Source of the DNA: an uncultured Candidatus Planktophila sp.
GTDB taxonomy: Bacteria > Actinomycetota > Actinomycetes > Nanopelagicales > Nanopelagicaceae
DNA: 41,774 nt
Direction of reading: 5' to 3'
Assembly: GCA_964564615.1 (NCBI GenBank)
Contig: CAZMBG010000001.1
Coordinates: 1 to 41,774, forward strand
Shown: positions 18,873-30,922 of the stretch, in pieces
Layout: every line of letters starts with the position of its first letter
Position numbering within the stretch: position 1 is the stretch's first letter
Notes under the pieces: generated by a model
Databases searched by the model: none
Told to the model about the DNA's origin: nothing
Seen by the model: the letters and a program-made list of their open reading frames with translations, nothing else
Program-made: the position numbers and the translations under genes

Positions 18873-20183
18873 ATGTCTTTAAAGCTTTCCGTTATTGGTT
18901 GTGGTTACCTAGGTGCAACTCACGCTGCGTGTATGTCATCGCTTGGTTTTGAAGTCGTAGGCGTCGACACCGATCCACATAAAGTCGATTTACTCTCGCA
19001 GGGTGAGCTTCCATTCTATGAGCCAGGGTTGGATACCCTCTTGGCTGATGAAATGAAGACGGGCCGTCTCTCTTTTACTACCGATTTTTCTGCTGTAGCT
19101 GATGCTGATGTTCACTTCATCTGCGTCGGCACTCCGCAATCTAAGGACGGACTTGCAGCAGATCTCACCTACGTCATCTCTTCGGTAGCGGCGATTGCTC
19201 CGTACCTCAAAGACGGCGCACTTGTTGTTGGCAAATCAACTGTCCCAGTTGGTACTGCCCAGAAATTACGCGATCAATTAGCGCAGAGCGCTCCACAGGC
19301 CGATTTGGCCTGGAACCCAGAATTCCTCCGCGAAGGTTTTGCAGTCGAGGATACGCTTACGCCGAATCGATTAGTAGTCGGTGTAGCTAATGATCGTGCA
19401 GAAGAGATTCTCAAAGAGGTTTATAAGCCAGTTACAGACTTAGGCACACCTTGGATTCGCGCGGATTTGCCAACAGCAGAATTAGTTAAGGTAGCGGCAA
19501 ATTCATTTCTTGCCACCAAGATTTCATTTATTAACGCGATGGCTGAGATTTGTGAAGCAGCAGGCGGCGATGTCACGGTTCTAGCAAAAGCTATTGGTTA
19601 CGACCCACGTATTGGTAATCGATTCCTGCAGGCCGGTATTGGTTTTGGTGGTGGCTGTCTTCCAAAAGATATTCGGGCATTTATGGCTCGCGCTGAAGAA
19701 CTTGGCGCCTCACAAGCTCTCGAATTTTTACGTGAAATTGATTCTATTAATCTCCGTGCGCGTCAACGGGTAATTGATGTCGTGAGAGCAGATCTCTCAG
19801 AAGATCTCACTCAGTACAAGATTGCTGTTCTCGGCGCGACCTTTAAACCAGATAGCGATGATGTTCGCGATTCCCCAGCGCTCGATATTGCAGCTCAATT
19901 ACAGGCAGCTGGCGCTCAAGTAGTAGTGCACGATCCAAAGGGCATCGAGCCTGCACGCAAACGTTTCCCGAACCTAGATTATGCAGCGAAAGTTGTTGAT
20001 GCAGTTAAAGGTGCAGATGCAATTTTGCACCTCACCGAATGGAAGGAATATCGCGAACTTGATCCATCGGTCATTGGTCAACTTGTAAAATCAAAGTTTT
20101 TAATCGATGGTCGAAATATGCTCGATCGCAATCTCTGGCGTAGCGCCGGATGGCGAGTTCACGCACTTGGTCGTACCGATTAA
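18873..20183 (+). CDS. ugd: UDP-glucose 6-dehydrogenase
   Basis: [38 protein letters not shown] and [12 protein letters not shown]. Confidence 0.93.
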   Translation: MSLKLSVIGCGYLGATHAACMSSLGFEVVGVDTDPHKVDLLSQGELPFYEPGLDTLLADEMKTGRLSFTTDFSAVADADVHFICVGTPQSKDGLAADLTYVISSVAAIAPYLKDGALVVGKSTVPVGTAQKLRDQLAQSAPQADLAWNPEFLREGFAVEDTLTPNRLVVGVANDRAEEILKEVYKPVTDLGTPWIRADLPTAELVKVAANSFLATKISFINAMAEICEAAGGDVTVLAKAIGYDPRIGNRFLQAGIGFGGGCLPKDIRAFMARAEELGASQALEFLREIDSINLRARQRVIDVVRADLSEDLTQYKIAVLGATFKPDSDDVRDSPALDIAAQLQAAGAQVVVHDPKGIEPARKRFPNLDYAAKVVDAVKGADAILHLTEWKEYRELDPSVIGQLVKSKFLIDGRNMLDRNLWRSAGWRVHALGRTD

Positions 20184-20689
20184 AAACCAGCTTTAGTACT
20201 GCGACGGGCGCTCAACTGAGCGCCCTTTGCTTTTGCTTCCTCAGATAACTTGGCCAATTGATCAGATACTTTGGCAGAAATTTTCGCATCTGATGTTCCC
20301 AGAATTCGCGCCGCCAAAATTGCTGCATTCTTGGCGTTATCAATGGCCACAGTTGCTACCGGAACGCCGGAAGGCATCTGAACGATTGAGAGCAGCGAAT
20401 CCATTCCATCGAGATTTTTCAATGCAACAGGAACTCCAATTACTGGGAGTGTAGTGAGAGATGCCACCATGCCAGGTAGATGAGCTGCGCCACCTGCGCC
20501 AGCGATAATTACTTTAAAACCCTGTGCGGCTGCGCCCTTGCTGAAAGCCACCATTTCTTCCGCCATTCGATGAGCAGAAATTACTTGCACGTCATATGAA
20601 ATTTCAAAACTATCGAGCGCTTTGGCGGCATCTTCCATAATAGGCCAGTCAGAATCTGACCCCATAATTATCGCAACATCTTTAGCCAT
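20180..20689 (-). CDS. purE: N5-CAIR mutase
   Basis: [23 protein letters not shown] and [14 protein letters not shown]. Confidence 0.96.
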   Translation of the reverse strand: MAKDVAIIMGSDSDWPIMEDAAKALDSFEISYDVQVISAHRMAEEMVAFSKGAAAQGFKVIIAGAGGAAHLPGMVASLTTLPVIGVPVALKNLDGMDSLLSIVQMPSGVPVATVAIDNAKNAAILAARILGTSDAKISAKVSDQLAKLSEEAKAKGAQLSARRSTKAGF

Positions 20690-21788
20690 CGATGACTCCG
20701 CTCATGAAATCGCGTGCTCGCTGCACATTACTGGTTAATTGTATGAGGTCTGACCCACATTCGGTAATGTGACCAATTTTTCGCCCTGGACGGACTTCTT
20801 TACGATAATCATGGATATACATCTGCGGAAAGTTGTCCTGAATAAATTGGGTATCCGAAAATGGCTCTTTCCGGACTCCGCCAAGCACATTACCCATCAC
20901 GGTATACGGTTGAGCTAGATCGGTTGCGCCCAAAGGGAGATTTAGAATCGCACGAAGATGTTGCTCAAACTGCGAAGTGAGTGAACCTTCAATACTCCAA
21001 TGGCCAGAATTGTGGGGTCGCATCGCCAATTCATTGATATAGAGTTGATCGCCTTTAACAAACATTTCAACCGCCATAACCCCGACGACCTCGACCAGAG
21101 TTGCAATCGCTTCCGCCATTCGCTGCGCTTCCGTTGCTACTTCAGGTGAGATTGATGGTGCAGGAGTTATCGTGTAGATACATATTCCATCTGCTTGTAC
21201 GGTCTCAACTGGCACCCAGCTCTTTACGAGACCATCTGGCGTGCGGGCAACCATAACCGCTATCTCTGAATCAAAGTCAACCAACTCTTCAATTAATAGT
21301 GGTGAAGTGTGGGTGAGGATTTCCGTTAGCTCGCTCTGGGTGTCAACCTTAAAAACACCTCTGCCGTCATATCCACCACGAATCGCCTTAGCGATGACAG
21401 GAAATGAATTAATGTCGGAGGCAGCAGAGATCAACTGAGTAGCAGGCGCCGGAAAGTGCACTAACTTTGCTCGCATTGCCGCCTTATCCTGACTATAGAT
21501 AAAGGCACGTGACGGAGGAAAAACAGTTACACCGTGGTTTTCTAGATTACGTATCACTTCAATAGGAATCAACTCGTGTTCGAATGTAACTACATCGCAC
21601 TGAAGTGCAAAATCTAGAACTTGCTGCACGTCTCGATAATCGCCGACTACATGTCGGCCGATCTGGGCAGCTGAATCTTGACTGGAACCGGCAAAGAGAA
21701 AGAGTTCAACGCTGAGTTTGTCTGCAGCCGGGATCATCATCTGTGCCAATTGGCCAGCACCGATGACCCCAACAGTTGTTGTGCTCAT
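20682..21788 (-). CDS. purK: N5-CAIR synthetase (ATP-grasp)
   Basis: [32 protein letters not shown] and RPGRKIGH. Start moved to ATG 21788 (-10 TACGAT 6 nt upstream). Confidence 0.95.
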   Translation of the reverse strand: MSTTTVGVIGAGQLAQMMIPAADKLSVELFLFAGSSQDSAAQIGRHVVGDYRDVQQVLDFALQCDVVTFEHELIPIEVIRNLENHGVTVFPPSRAFIYSQDKAAMRAKLVHFPAPATQLISAASDINSFPVIAKAIRGGYDGRGVFKVDTQSELTEILTHTSPLLIEELVDFDSEIAVMVARTPDGLVKSWVPVETVQADGICIYTITPAPSISPEVATEAQRMAEAIATLVEVVGVMAVEMFVKGDQLYINELAMRPHNSGHWSIEGSLTSQFEQHLRAILNLPLGATDLAQPYTVMGNVLGGVRKEPFSDTQFIQDNFPQMYIHDYRKEVRPGRKIGHITECGSDLIQLTSNVQRARDFMSGVIDG

Positions 21789-21792
21789 TGGC

Positions 21793-22560
21793 TTATCGTA
21801 GATGAACGATTTCGCCGGAGGTAATGACCGTTCCACTACTCAAGATGAGCGCTCCATGGTGGTCGACTTTCTCAGCAACTCCGGAGTGAATAACTCCCCC
21901 TGGTAATTGAGCTTCAATCTCCACGCCTATCGTTGAAGAGAGGCTCATATATTCATCTACAAAGTCTCTACCTGAATCCCATTCTTTAAAAACTAATTCA
22001 AATTGGTTCAAAATTTCTGCCAATATCAAGTTTCGATTAAGTTGCGCATAGCCATTGAGTTTTAGCGATGATGCGTGTGGCACTGGAAGTTCATCTTGTG
22101 TCATTCCAACGTTGAGACCGATGCCTATGACCACTCCAGGGCCAGAAGTTTGAGCAATAATGCCAGCAATTTTCTTATCGCCTATGAGTAAGTCGTTAGG
22201 CCACTTTATGGAAGTTAAAATATTTGGATCGAGTGATTCAAGCGCTTTGTGCACAGCAATTCCTGACAGAAGAGGAAGAAAACTCCAATAACTATTTTCG
22301 CGAATTGGTTTGATAAAGAATGAAAATGTGAGCGATGCACCTGATGCAGCTTCAAAAGTTCGATCTAATCTTCCACGGCCTTTACTCTGATACTCGGCGA
22401 CAACTACATCGCCATGATGGGCCTCACCAAGTGTTGCTGATACGGCGATGTCATCTTGTGTACTCTCGGTGACATCGACCACCTTTACTCGCCAGTACTG
22501 CGAGATTTTCTGGTCAATACTCACTTGATCTAGTGGCGCTCTTAGCGCATCTGTGCCCAC
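21793..22560 (-). CDS. birA: Biotin--protein ligase without an N-terminal DNA-binding domain
   Basis: [28 protein letters not shown] and [11 protein letters not shown] at 22560 chosen (-10 TAAGGT 7 nt upstream; no overlap with the next gene). Confidence 0.92.
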   Translation of the reverse strand: MGTDALRAPLDQVSIDQKISQYWRVKVVDVTESTQDDIAVSATLGEAHHGDVVVAEYQSKGRGRLDRTFEAASGASLTFSFFIKPIRENSYWSFLPLLSGIAVHKALESLDPNILTSIKWPNDLLIGDKKIAGIIAQTSGPGVVIGIGLNVGMTQDELPVPHASSLKLNGYAQLNRNLILAEILNQFELVFKEWDSGRDFVDEYMSLSSTIGVEIEAQLPGGVIHSGVAEKVDHHGALILSSGTVITSGEIVHLR

Positions 22561-22578
22561 AGCAGGTACCTTACGGAT

Positions 22579-24150
22579 ATGAGCCCAGATCTGCATACAA
22601 CCTCAGGGAAAATTGAAGACCTCCGCAATCGATTTGATGAGGCAATCCATGCCGGTTCCGCCCGGGCAGTGGAGAAGCAACACGCAAAAGGCAAGAAGAC
22701 TGCCCGTGAGCGCATTGAAATGCTGGTCGATCCAGACTCTTTTACTGAAATTGATGAGTTCGCTCGCCACCACGCCCAGAACTTTGGCATGGAGAAGAAT
22801 CGCCCGTATGGAGATGGTGTTGTTATCGGCACCGCCACTATAGATGGACGTCCGATCGCGCTCTATTCGCAAGACTTCACAGTCTTTGGCGGATCACTCG
22901 GTGAGGTGCACGCAGATAAAATTGTAAAGATCGCAGATTTTGCTTTGAAGTCAGGTATTCCTCTTATCGGAATTAATGATTCTGGTGGAGCTCGTATTCA
23001 AGAAGGCGTTGCCTCGCTCAATGGATATGGAAAGATCTTTCGGCTCAATACTCGATCATCTGGTGTCATTCCTCAAATCTCACTGATTCTTGGACCTTGT
23101 GCTGGCGGTTCAGCATACTCACCAGCGCTAACCGACTTCACTGTCATGGTTAATGAAACTTCAAATATGTTTATCACTGGTCCAGATGTTATTAAGACGG
23201 TCACTGGCGAAGATGTTGGAATGGAAGAGCTCGGTGGCGCTTATACCCACAATACAAAGAGCGGGAATGCGCACTATATGGCCGATTCAGAAGCTGATGC
23301 TATTGATTACGTGAAAGCTCTGCTCTCATATTTACCTTCAAATAATATGGATGGCTCTCCAGTTTTGCCCCCTACCGAAGTGGCTGAAAAGAAGGCTACA
23401 GATTTTGCACTCAATACTTTAATTCCCGATTCACCAAATCAACCTTACGATATGAAAACTCTCATTCAGGCAATAGTTGACGAAGGTGAATTCTTGGAAG
23501 TTCACGCACTATATGCACCAAATATTGTGGTGGGATTTGCGCGCATTGAAGGTCAATCGGTTGGAATTATTGCCAACCAACCAAATCAATTAGCTGGAAC
23601 TCTTGATATCAATTCCAGTGAAAAGGCGGCGCGCTTCCTTCGATTCTGCGACGCCTTCAATATTCCGATTCTTACCCTGGTTGATGTTCCAGGATTCTTA
23701 CCAGGCACCGAACAGGAATGGAACGGAATTATTCGCCGCGGCGCAAAGTTGCTCTATGCCTATGCTGAAGCATCTGTGCCACTCGTAACTCTCATTACCC
23801 GAAAGGCGTATGGTGGAGCCTTTATTGTGATGGGTTCAAAATACCTAGGAAGTGATATCAACTTCGCCTGGCCTACCGCCGAAATTGCAGTGATGGGAGC
23901 GCAAGGGGCAGTCAATATTCTCTACCGGAAAGAGCTCGCAGAAGCGCAAGATCCAACAGCTAAACGCGCCGAACTGGTTACTGAATACACAGAAAAATTC
24001 TCTAATCCATACTTGGCAGCAGAACGCGGCACCATCGATAGCGTTATCGTGCCGGAAGATTCTCGCCACTACATTACGCAAGCATTCCGAACCCTTAAGA
24101 CCAAGCGCGACATTCTGCCCGCTCGTAAACACGGAAATATTCCACTATAA
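22579..24150 (+). CDS. Acyl-CoA (propionyl/acetyl-CoA) carboxylase carboxyltransferase beta subunit (AccD5/PccB-like)
   Basis: [31 protein letters not shown] and the terminal KHGNIPL. Confidence 0.95.
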   Translation: MSPDLHTTSGKIEDLRNRFDEAIHAGSARAVEKQHAKGKKTARERIEMLVDPDSFTEIDEFARHHAQNFGMEKNRPYGDGVVIGTATIDGRPIALYSQDFTVFGGSLGEVHADKIVKIADFALKSGIPLIGINDSGGARIQEGVASLNGYGKIFRLNTRSSGVIPQISLILGPCAGGSAYSPALTDFTVMVNETSNMFITGPDVIKTVTGEDVGMEELGGAYTHNTKSGNAHYMADSEADAIDYVKALLSYLPSNNMDGSPVLPPTEVAEKKATDFALNTLIPDSPNQPYDMKTLIQAIVDEGEFLEVHALYAPNIVVGFARIEGQSVGIIANQPNQLAGTLDINSSEKAARFLRFCDAFNIPILTLVDVPGFLPGTEQEWNGIIRRGAKLLYAYAEASVPLVTLITRKAYGGAFIVMGSKYLGSDINFAWPTAEIAVMGAQGAVNILYRKELAEAQDPTAKRAELVTEYTEKFSNPYLAAERGTIDSVIVPEDSRHYITQAFRTLKTKRDILPARKHGNIPL

Positions 24151-24152
24151 AG

Positions 24153-24335
24153 ATGAAAATTTCAGTCACATCGGGCAATCCTTCGCCCGAAGAGTTGGTT
24201 GCAATTCAAGCGGTTTTGGCAAACCATAAAGCAATCAATGTAAAACCGATCGTTAAGCGGAGCGTTTTTGGGTCACCACAATTGCGCCAACCACTCCCCC
24301 ATCTCATTACCTTTGGAAACCGAAAGTTCGATTAA
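24153..24335 (+). CDS. Acyl-CoA carboxylase epsilon subunit
   Basis: 60 aa, ISVTSGNPSPEELVAIQAVL motif, immediately after the beta subunit. Confidence 0.82.
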   Translation: MKISVTSGNPSPEELVAIQAVLANHKAINVKPIVKRSVFGSPQLRQPLPHLITFGNRKFD

Positions 24336-24937
24336 TGCCAAAGATTGTGCTCGCCTCTCAGTCAAACTCTCGACGCAGATTGCTCGAAGGAGCTGGACTC
24401 AAGCCAACTATTATCGTGAGTGGCGTTGATGAAGAGACAGATTTCTTCAACGCGATGGCACCCGCTGACATGGTTATTGCTTTGGCAGTTGCTAAAGCCC
24501 ACACTGTCCGAGAGCAAATTGATTACCCCGCGATTATTATCGGATGTGACTCGACCTTTGAAGTAGATGGAATTTCCTTTGGAAAACCAGGGGTTCCAGA
24601 AATTGCGATAGAGCGGGCAAAGCAGATGAGTGGCCGCACTGGGTTGCTGCATACCGGTCATTGCATTATCGACACTGTGCAAGGGCTCGAGATTGCCGAC
24701 CGGGTAACGACCAAAGTGACATTCACCCATATGACTGATGAGGAAATCGAAGATTATGTGGCATCTGGTGAACCACTGCACGTGGCTGGGGGTTTCACAC
24801 TTGATGGCTATGGTTCCCCTTTTATTCCGATTATCGAAGGCGATTACACCAACGTAGTTGGAATATCCATGCCATTTTTATTGAGAGCGATGAAACAACT
24901 TGGATACTCTTGGCCGCAAGTGAAGGAGATGCAATGA
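24335..24937 (+). CDS. maf: Maf family nucleoside triphosphate pyrophosphatase
   Basis: [31 protein letters not shown] and NVVG. Confidence 0.92.
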   Translation: MPKIVLASQSNSRRRLLEGAGLKPTIIVSGVDEETDFFNAMAPADMVIALAVAKAHTVREQIDYPAIIIGCDSTFEVDGISFGKPGVPEIAIERAKQMSGRTGLLHTGHCIIDTVQGLEIADRVTTKVTFTHMTDEEIEDYVASGEPLHVAGGFTLDGYGSPFIPIIEGDYTNVVGISMPFLLRAMKQLGYSWPQVKEMQ

Positions 24938-26652
24938 AGCGCGTACTAATAGCAAATCGCGGTGAAATCGCCCTTCGAGTTATTCGTGCTTGCAAAGATC
25001 ACGGTCTTGAGTCTGTCGCTATGTACTCCGAAGAAGATCGCGATGCGCTTCACGTCAAGAGTGCAGATTTTGCATATTCGCTCGATGGCGTAATCGCTAA
25101 GGACACCTATCTCAATATTCCAAAGATTATCGATGTAGCTCAACGGTCTGGCGCTGATGCCGTACATCCGGGGTATGGCTTCTTATCGGAAAATGCAGAT
25201 TTTGCACAAGCAGTCATTGACGCCGGATTAACCTGGATTGGACCTCCTCCTGCTGCGATTGCCGCTCTTGGCGATAAAGTTTCAGCACGGCGTATCGCAA
25301 GCGCCGCAGGTGCACCGCTCGTTGCTGGCACTAAAGATCCAGTGAAAGATGCCGATGAAGTTGTGGCATTTGCAAAGGAGCACGGGCTTCCAGTTGCGAT
25401 TAAAGCTGCATTCGGCGGTGGTGGACGCGGACTCAAGGTGGCTCGCACCTTAGAAGAAATTCCTGAACTCTATGCATCTGCAGTGCGCGAAGCGATTGCA
25501 GGATTTGGGCGAGGTGAATGTTTTGTTGAAAGATATCTCGACAAACCACGCCACGTCGAAACTCAAGTACTTGTCGATAAGCACGGACACGCAGTTGTCA
25601 TCTCGACTCGCGATTGCTCTCTGCAGCGTCGCCATCAAAAACTTGTTGAGGAGGCACCGGCTCCATTCTTAACCGAAGCCCAAAATCTAGAGCTCTATCG
25701 CTCATCTAAAGCGATTATGAAAGAGGCGGGTTACATCGGTGCTGGAACCTGCGAATTCTTGGTAGGGCTCGATGGCACGATTTCATTTCTTGAGGTTAAT
25801 ACTCGCCTTCAGGTTGAACACCCAGTCTCAGAGGAAGTTACTGGTATAGATTTGGTACGCCAACAGTTCCGCATTGCAGATGGTGAGCCCCTTGGCTTTG
25901 ATGATCCAGTTATTCGTGGCCACTCCATTGAGTTTCGTATCAACGGTGAAGATCCTGGCCGCTCATTCTTACCCGCACCAGGGCGAATTACTCAATGGAA
26001 CATCCCAACCGGACCCGGCGTTCGAGTTGATGCAGGTTTCAGAAATGGCGACGTCATCGGCGGCAACTTCGATTCACTTTTAGCAAAACTAATTGTTACT
26101 GGCGCAACTCGTGAAGAGGCTATTCAGCGCGCTCGCAGAGCGCTGCAAGAATTCCAGGTTGATGGTCTAGCTACCGCTTTGCCATTCCATCGAGCAATCC
26201 TTGAAGATAGCGCTTATGTAAAAGATTTCACGGTCTACACCAGTTATATTGAAAATGAATTTAAGAATGAGATCGCTGCCTACCAAGCTCACGATGTCGA
26301 AGTTCAAACTAAGGTAGCGGCCGAAAAGTTAATTGCCGAAGTCAATGGCAAGCGTTTTGAAGTGGTAGTTCACACCCCAGAGCCAGTTGTGAAGCGCCAT
26401 CGCGCCAAGCAATCCTCCGGTGCTGGCTCCTCAGGCACCTCGCTCTCTTCTCCGATGCAGGGCACGGTTGTAAAAATCGCCGTTACTGAAGGTCAGAGTG
26501 TTGAAGCTGGCGATCTCATTATTGTTTTAGAGGCGATGAAGATGGAGCAGCCCCTCAGCGCCCATAAGAGCGGTGTGATTAAAAACTTAAAGGCCGTTAT
26601 CGGTGAGACCGTCGCCAGTGGCACTGCTCTCTGTGACATTATTGACGCATGA
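24934..26652 (+). CDS. Biotin carboxylase / biotin carboxyl carrier alpha subunit (AccA/BccA)
   Basis: [49 protein letters not shown] and biotinylation motif EAMKM. ATG 24934 overlaps the maf stop and has SD AAGGAG. Confidence 0.95.
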   Translation: MKRVLIANRGEIALRVIRACKDHGLESVAMYSEEDRDALHVKSADFAYSLDGVIAKDTYLNIPKIIDVAQRSGADAVHPGYGFLSENADFAQAVIDAGLTWIGPPPAAIAALGDKVSARRIASAAGAPLVAGTKDPVKDADEVVAFAKEHGLPVAIKAAFGGGGRGLKVARTLEEIPELYASAVREAIAGFGRGECFVERYLDKPRHVETQVLVDKHGHAVVISTRDCSLQRRHQKLVEEAPAPFLTEAQNLELYRSSKAIMKEAGYIGAGTCEFLVGLDGTISFLEVNTRLQVEHPVSEEVTGIDLVRQQFRIADGEPLGFDDPVIRGHSIEFRINGEDPGRSFLPAPGRITQWNIPTGPGVRVDAGFRNGDVIGGNFDSLLAKLIVTGATREEAIQRARRALQEFQVDGLATALPFHRAILEDSAYVKDFTVYTSYIENEFKNEIAAYQAHDVEVQTKVAAEKLIAEVNGKRFEVVVHTPEPVVKRHRAKQSSGAGSSGTSLSSPMQGTVVKIAVTEGQSVEAGDLIIVLEAMKMEQPLSAHKSGVIKNLKAVIGETVASGTALCDIIDA

Positions 26653-27479
26653 CTTCTACCGAACTCCTCTATCAAGATCCGCTAGCTGCAGCGACTCTTG
26701 CTGCCACCGAAATTGCTAGCCGCACCGGCGTTCCTTCGCATGACATTGCGCTGGTCATGGGTTCGGGTTGGGTATCTGCAGCTGATGCGCTAGGAAATCC
26801 ATCATATGAGTGTGATGCTCACGAGTTGACCGGGTTTGAAGCGCCAGCCGTGGAAGGCCACTCCGGAAAAGTTCGTTCTTATGAGTTAACAGCTGAGGGA
26901 AGAACAATTCGAGCACTAGTCTTCTTAGGTCGCACCCATCTTTACGAGGGCAAAGGAATGGAACCCGTTGTACACGGCGTGCGAACTGCAGTTAAAGCAG
27001 GGTGCAAAATAGTTATTTTGACCAATGCCTGTGGTGGAATCAATACCTCCTACACAGTAGGTCAGCCAGTCATAATTCGAGATCACATCTCACTCACTGC
27101 GCAATCTCCACTCTCTGGCGCAACGTTCGTTGACCTTACAGATCTCTATAGCAAACGTATGAGAGAGATTGTTAAAGCAGAAGATAATTCACTCCAGGAA
27201 GGCGTCTATGTTCACTGGCGCGGCCCAACCTATGAAACTCCTGCTGAAATTTTGATGATGCGCACACTTGGCGCCGATCTAGTCGGCATGTCCACTGTTC
27301 CTGAAGCAATTGCTGCACATGCTCTCGGTGCAGAAGTGCTCGGAATTTCGCTTGTGACAAATGCTGCAGCTGGTGTGACTGGCGAGAAGCTCAACCATGA
27401 AGAAGTAATTGCCGCTGGCAAAGCGGCGGCCGACCGGATGGGCGCACTACTCAAGAACACTATCCCTAAACTCGTGTAA
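26649..27479 (+). CDS. punA: Purine-nucleoside phosphorylase (trimeric type)
   Basis: [36 protein letters not shown] and SLVTN. Confidence 0.93.
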   Translation: MTSTELLYQDPLAAATLAATEIASRTGVPSHDIALVMGSGWVSAADALGNPSYECDAHELTGFEAPAVEGHSGKVRSYELTAEGRTIRALVFLGRTHLYEGKGMEPVVHGVRTAVKAGCKIVILTNACGGINTSYTVGQPVIIRDHISLTAQSPLSGATFVDLTDLYSKRMREIVKAEDNSLQEGVYVHWRGPTYETPAEILMMRTLGADLVGMSTVPEAIAAHALGAEVLGISLVTNAAAGVTGEKLNHEEVIAAGKAAADRMGALLKNTIPKLV

Positions 27480-27497
27480 TTCGATAGATTTATCGGT

Positions 27498-29117
27498 ATG
27501 GATACGGCACTCAGGGTTGAAGTTCAACGTTGGATTGAAGATGACCCAGATCCTGTAACAGCCGCTCAGCTCCAGAAACTCCTCGATAGCGGTGAAGAGG
27601 AACAATTACGCAGCTTCTTCTCTGGATTTCTTCAATTTGGCACGGCAGGTTTGCGAGGTCCACTCGGGCCTGGTCCATCATGCATGAACCGAGCTGTTGT
27701 CGGACGTACCGCTGTTGGCTTAGTGAACTACATGCGCGAGCGATCCATGAAGAAAGTTGTCATAGGTAGAGATGCGCGTTATGGATCTGAGGATTTCACT
27801 GAAGAGAGCGCCCAAATCTTTAGTGGCGCTGGTATGGAGGTCTATGTACTTCCTCGCCCACTCCCAACCCCAGTCTTGGCATATGCAACCCATGCATTGG
27901 GTGCTGATATTGGCGTGATGGTGACAGCTAGCCACAATCCGCCACAAGATAATGGTTACAAAGTCTATATCGGTCCAACCGCAGACGGAATTAATTATGC
28001 CGCTTCACAAATCATCAATCCCACTGACGGCTATATCGCAGACTACATTTCACAAGTCTCTTCACTAAAGTCACAGCCTCGTGGTTCACAATGGACAGTG
28101 TTAGATGACTCCATTGTTAATGAATATATTGAGTTAACCTCACGTCTTGCACCTCGACCTGGTGATATCAAGATTGTTTATACCGCAATGCACGGTGTTG
28201 GCACCGAAACCGTTCAAGCAGTATTTCATAAAGCTGGATTTTCTTCGCTCATTACAGTTGATGAGCAATGCGCGCCAGATCCAGATTTTCCAACTGTCGC
28301 TTTCCCAAACCCAGAAGAGCCTGGAGCGATAGATTTAGCGCTTGCAAAGGCGCGCGACTTTAACGCTGATCTAGTTATCGCAAACGATCCAGATGCTGAC
28401 CGTTGCGCTGCTGCAATCAATGACCCACAGCACGGGTGGCGAATGCTTCGTGGAGATGAGCTCGGCATCATCTTCGGTGAATGGATTGCCCGAACTCATC
28501 CGAATGGCACCTTTGGAAATTCAATCGTGTCATCTACTGCGCTCAGCAAGATAGCCCGCCATTACGGAGTAAATTTTCAAGAAGTACTTACTGGATTTAA
28601 ATGGTTAGCCAAAATTGAAGATTTGGCTTTTGGTTATGAAGAAGCAATCGGATATGCCGTTGACTCAGAGACCGTTAATGATAAGGATGGAGTTTCAGCT
28701 GCACTCTTCTTGGCTCAAATCGCTATGGACCTCAAGCGGGAAGGGCTCACTCTCTACGATCTCTTGCAGGAAGTTTGGGCGCGTCACGGTTTTCATGGAA
28801 CTGAACAAATCTCAATTCGGGTGAGCGATATGGGCGTGATTACTCGTTTATTAGCAACCCTGCGTGAAAATCCTCCCTCAGAAATTGCTGGTCGCGCAGT
28901 CGAGGCGATAGATGATCTTGCAAAACCCACCCAAGACCTTCCTCCCACCGACGGATTGCGAATATGGCTCTCAGGTGGCGTGCGCGTCATAGTTCGCCCT
29001 AGCGGAACTGAAGCAAAACTCAAGTGCTATCTTGAAGTTATCACCCCCACCAATGTAGAAGCTGAGCTGGTTCTCAACCAATTGCGAGAACCATTACGCA
29101 AATTCCTTGCCGGCTAA
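27498..29117 (+). CDS. Alpha-D-phosphohexomutase superfamily phospho-sugar mutase
   Basis: FGTAGLRG, TASHNP, DPDADR, GYEEAIG and RPSGTEAKLKCY. Confidence 0.92.
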   Translation: MDTALRVEVQRWIEDDPDPVTAAQLQKLLDSGEEEQLRSFFSGFLQFGTAGLRGPLGPGPSCMNRAVVGRTAVGLVNYMRERSMKKVVIGRDARYGSEDFTEESAQIFSGAGMEVYVLPRPLPTPVLAYATHALGADIGVMVTASHNPPQDNGYKVYIGPTADGINYAASQIINPTDGYIADYISQVSSLKSQPRGSQWTVLDDSIVNEYIELTSRLAPRPGDIKIVYTAMHGVGTETVQAVFHKAGFSSLITVDEQCAPDPDFPTVAFPNPEEPGAIDLALAKARDFNADLVIANDPDADRCAAAINDPQHGWRMLRGDELGIIFGEWIARTHPNGTFGNSIVSSTALSKIARHYGVNFQEVLTGFKWLAKIEDLAFGYEEAIGYAVDSETVNDKDGVSAALFLAQIAMDLKREGLTLYDLLQEVWARHGFHGTEQISIRVSDMGVITRLLATLRENPPSEIAGRAVEAIDDLAKPTQDLPPTDGLRIWLSGGVRVIVRPSGTEAKLKCYLEVITPTNVEAELVLNQLREPLRKFLAG

Positions 29118-29800
29118 GCGCCGAAACGTGCTTTAAATTCCTCCAGCATAGCTGCAGCAGCGCTAGCACCGCTTCGCTTTACGCCAGCATCCATAAATGC
29201 CAACAGTGCATCGAGATCCTTGACGCCACCAGCGCTCTTTACTTCCACCTTATTTGAAACTGTGGCGCGCATTAAGCGCACATCTTCTAGTTTGGCTCCC
29301 GTAGGCGCAAAACCTGTCGACGTTTTCACATAGTCAGCCCCGGCTGCCTCTGCCAACTGACACGCCTTCACAATCTCATCATGAGTGAGATAGGCATTCT
29401 CCAGAATTACCTTTACTTGATTTCCAGCAGCGGCACGTACTACCTCGGCAATTTCCTCTCGAACTTCGTCATACATTCCCGACTTCATCCATCCAATGTT
29501 GATCACCATATCAATTTCGGTAGCTCCATCTGCTACTACCTGCTTGGTTTCAAACACTTTCACTGATGTTGCGGAATTTCCGTGTGGAAAACCGATCACA
29601 GTTCCGACGTGTACATCACTTCCGCGCAAAATATCTGCGCAGAAAGCGACATCTGCTGGCTTGCAACATACCGAAGCGACATCGTACTTGAGGGCTACCT
29701 GGCAACCTTCGCGAACTTCCTCACGTGACATTTCTGGGCGTAGGAGCGCATAGTCAATTGTCTTTGCTACTTGCTTGAGGGTGTATTTACTAGTTGCCAT
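29114..29800 (-). CDS. deoC: Deoxyribose-phosphate aldolase
   Basis: VIGFPHG, EIDMVIN, KVILE, YVKTSTGF and VKSAGG. Confidence 0.95.
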   Translation of the reverse strand: MATSKYTLKQVAKTIDYALLRPEMSREEVREGCQVALKYDVASVCCKPADVAFCADILRGSDVHVGTVIGFPHGNSATSVKVFETKQVVADGATEIDMVINIGWMKSGMYDEVREEIAEVVRAAAGNQVKVILENAYLTHDEIVKACQLAEAAGADYVKTSTGFAPTGAKLEDVRLMRATVSNKVEVKSAGGVKDLDALLAFMDAGVKRSGASAAAAMLEEFKARFGA

Positions 29801-29815
29801 CTCTACTTTCCTTAC

Positions 29816-30922
29816 TTATTCAGCTGCTATACGTGCATACGCTGGTTTAACTACTTCTTCAATGATTTCTAGCCGTTCTTCAAAGGGAATAAAGGCAGAC
29901 TTAAGTGCATTAATCGTGGTGCGCTGTAAATCTTGGAAATTCCAGTCGCAGGCGCTCACCATTTCGAACATTTCACGCGACATCGATGTTGCCGACATTA
30001 AACGATTATCGGTATTGATTGTGGTTCGGAATCGAAGTTTCGCTAATTGTGCCAGTGGGTGATCTGCGAAAGATGTGGCTACTCCAGTTTGGATATTGGA
30101 GGATGGACACATCTCCAGCGGAATTCTTCGATCACGAACAAAGGATGCTAACCGGCCGAGGTGAGGTGGATTCTGAGTAAAATCAATATCGTCGGCTATT
30201 CGTACTCCATGTCCGAGACGTTCGGCACCACAAATTTGAATTGCTTCCCAAATAGATGGTAAGCCATAAGCCTCGCCGGCATGGATGGTAAAGTGAAAAT
30301 TCTCTTTCCGGAGATATTCAAAAGTTTTTAACTGGTCACTAGGAGGAAAACCATCTTCTGGGCCAGCGATATCAAAACCGACCACCCCTTGGTCGCGATA
30401 TTTAACGGCAAGCTCTGCCACCTCTTGCGAGCGCTGATTTTGGCGCATGCCACAGAGGAGAGCAAAAACTTTAATGGTGTTTCCTTCAGATTGAGCATCC
30501 GCCATTCCTAATGAGAAGCCTTCAAGAATCGCTTCAATTGCTTGCGTAAGCGAGAGCTCTTTCTCTGTAATCAATTCTGGTGCCATACGAACTTCGGCAT
30601 AAACCACTCCATCACGTGCGAGATCGACTGCACACTCTCTGGCAACGCGTACTACATCTTGGCGCCGCTGCATCACTGCAACGGTATGGGCAAATGTTTC
30701 AAGATATCGAACGAGCGAACCAGAGTCACATGCGCTACGAAACCACTCAGCAAGTTCTTGTGGATCATAAGTAGGAAGGGTGTGGCCAATCTCTTGTGCA
30801 ATGTCGATAATGGTCTCTGGTCGCAAGCCACCATCAAGATGGTCGTGTAATAACGCCTTAGGAAGACGCTTTACCTGCTCTTGGGTAGGACGTTTAAGCA
30901 AATCTGAATTAATAGTGCTCAT
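29816..30922 (-). CDS. add: Adenosine deaminase
   Basis: LHDHLDG, TIHAGE, RLGHG, EMCPSSN and INTDN. Confidence 0.93.
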   Translation of the reverse strand: MSTINSDLLKRPTQEQVKRLPKALLHDHLDGGLRPETIIDIAQEIGHTLPTYDPQELAEWFRSACDSGSLVRYLETFAHTVAVMQRRQDVVRVARECAVDLARDGVVYAEVRMAPELITEKELSLTQAIEAILEGFSLGMADAQSEGNTIKVFALLCGMRQNQRSQEVAELAVKYRDQGVVGFDIAGPEDGFPPSDQLKTFEYLRKENFHFTIHAGEAYGLPSIWEAIQICGAERLGHGVRIADDIDFTQNPPHLGRLASFVRDRRIPLEMCPSSNIQTGVATSFADHPLAQLAKLRFRTTINTDNRLMSATSMSREMFEMVSACDWNFQDLQRTTINALKSAFIPFEERLEIIEEVVKPAYARIAAE

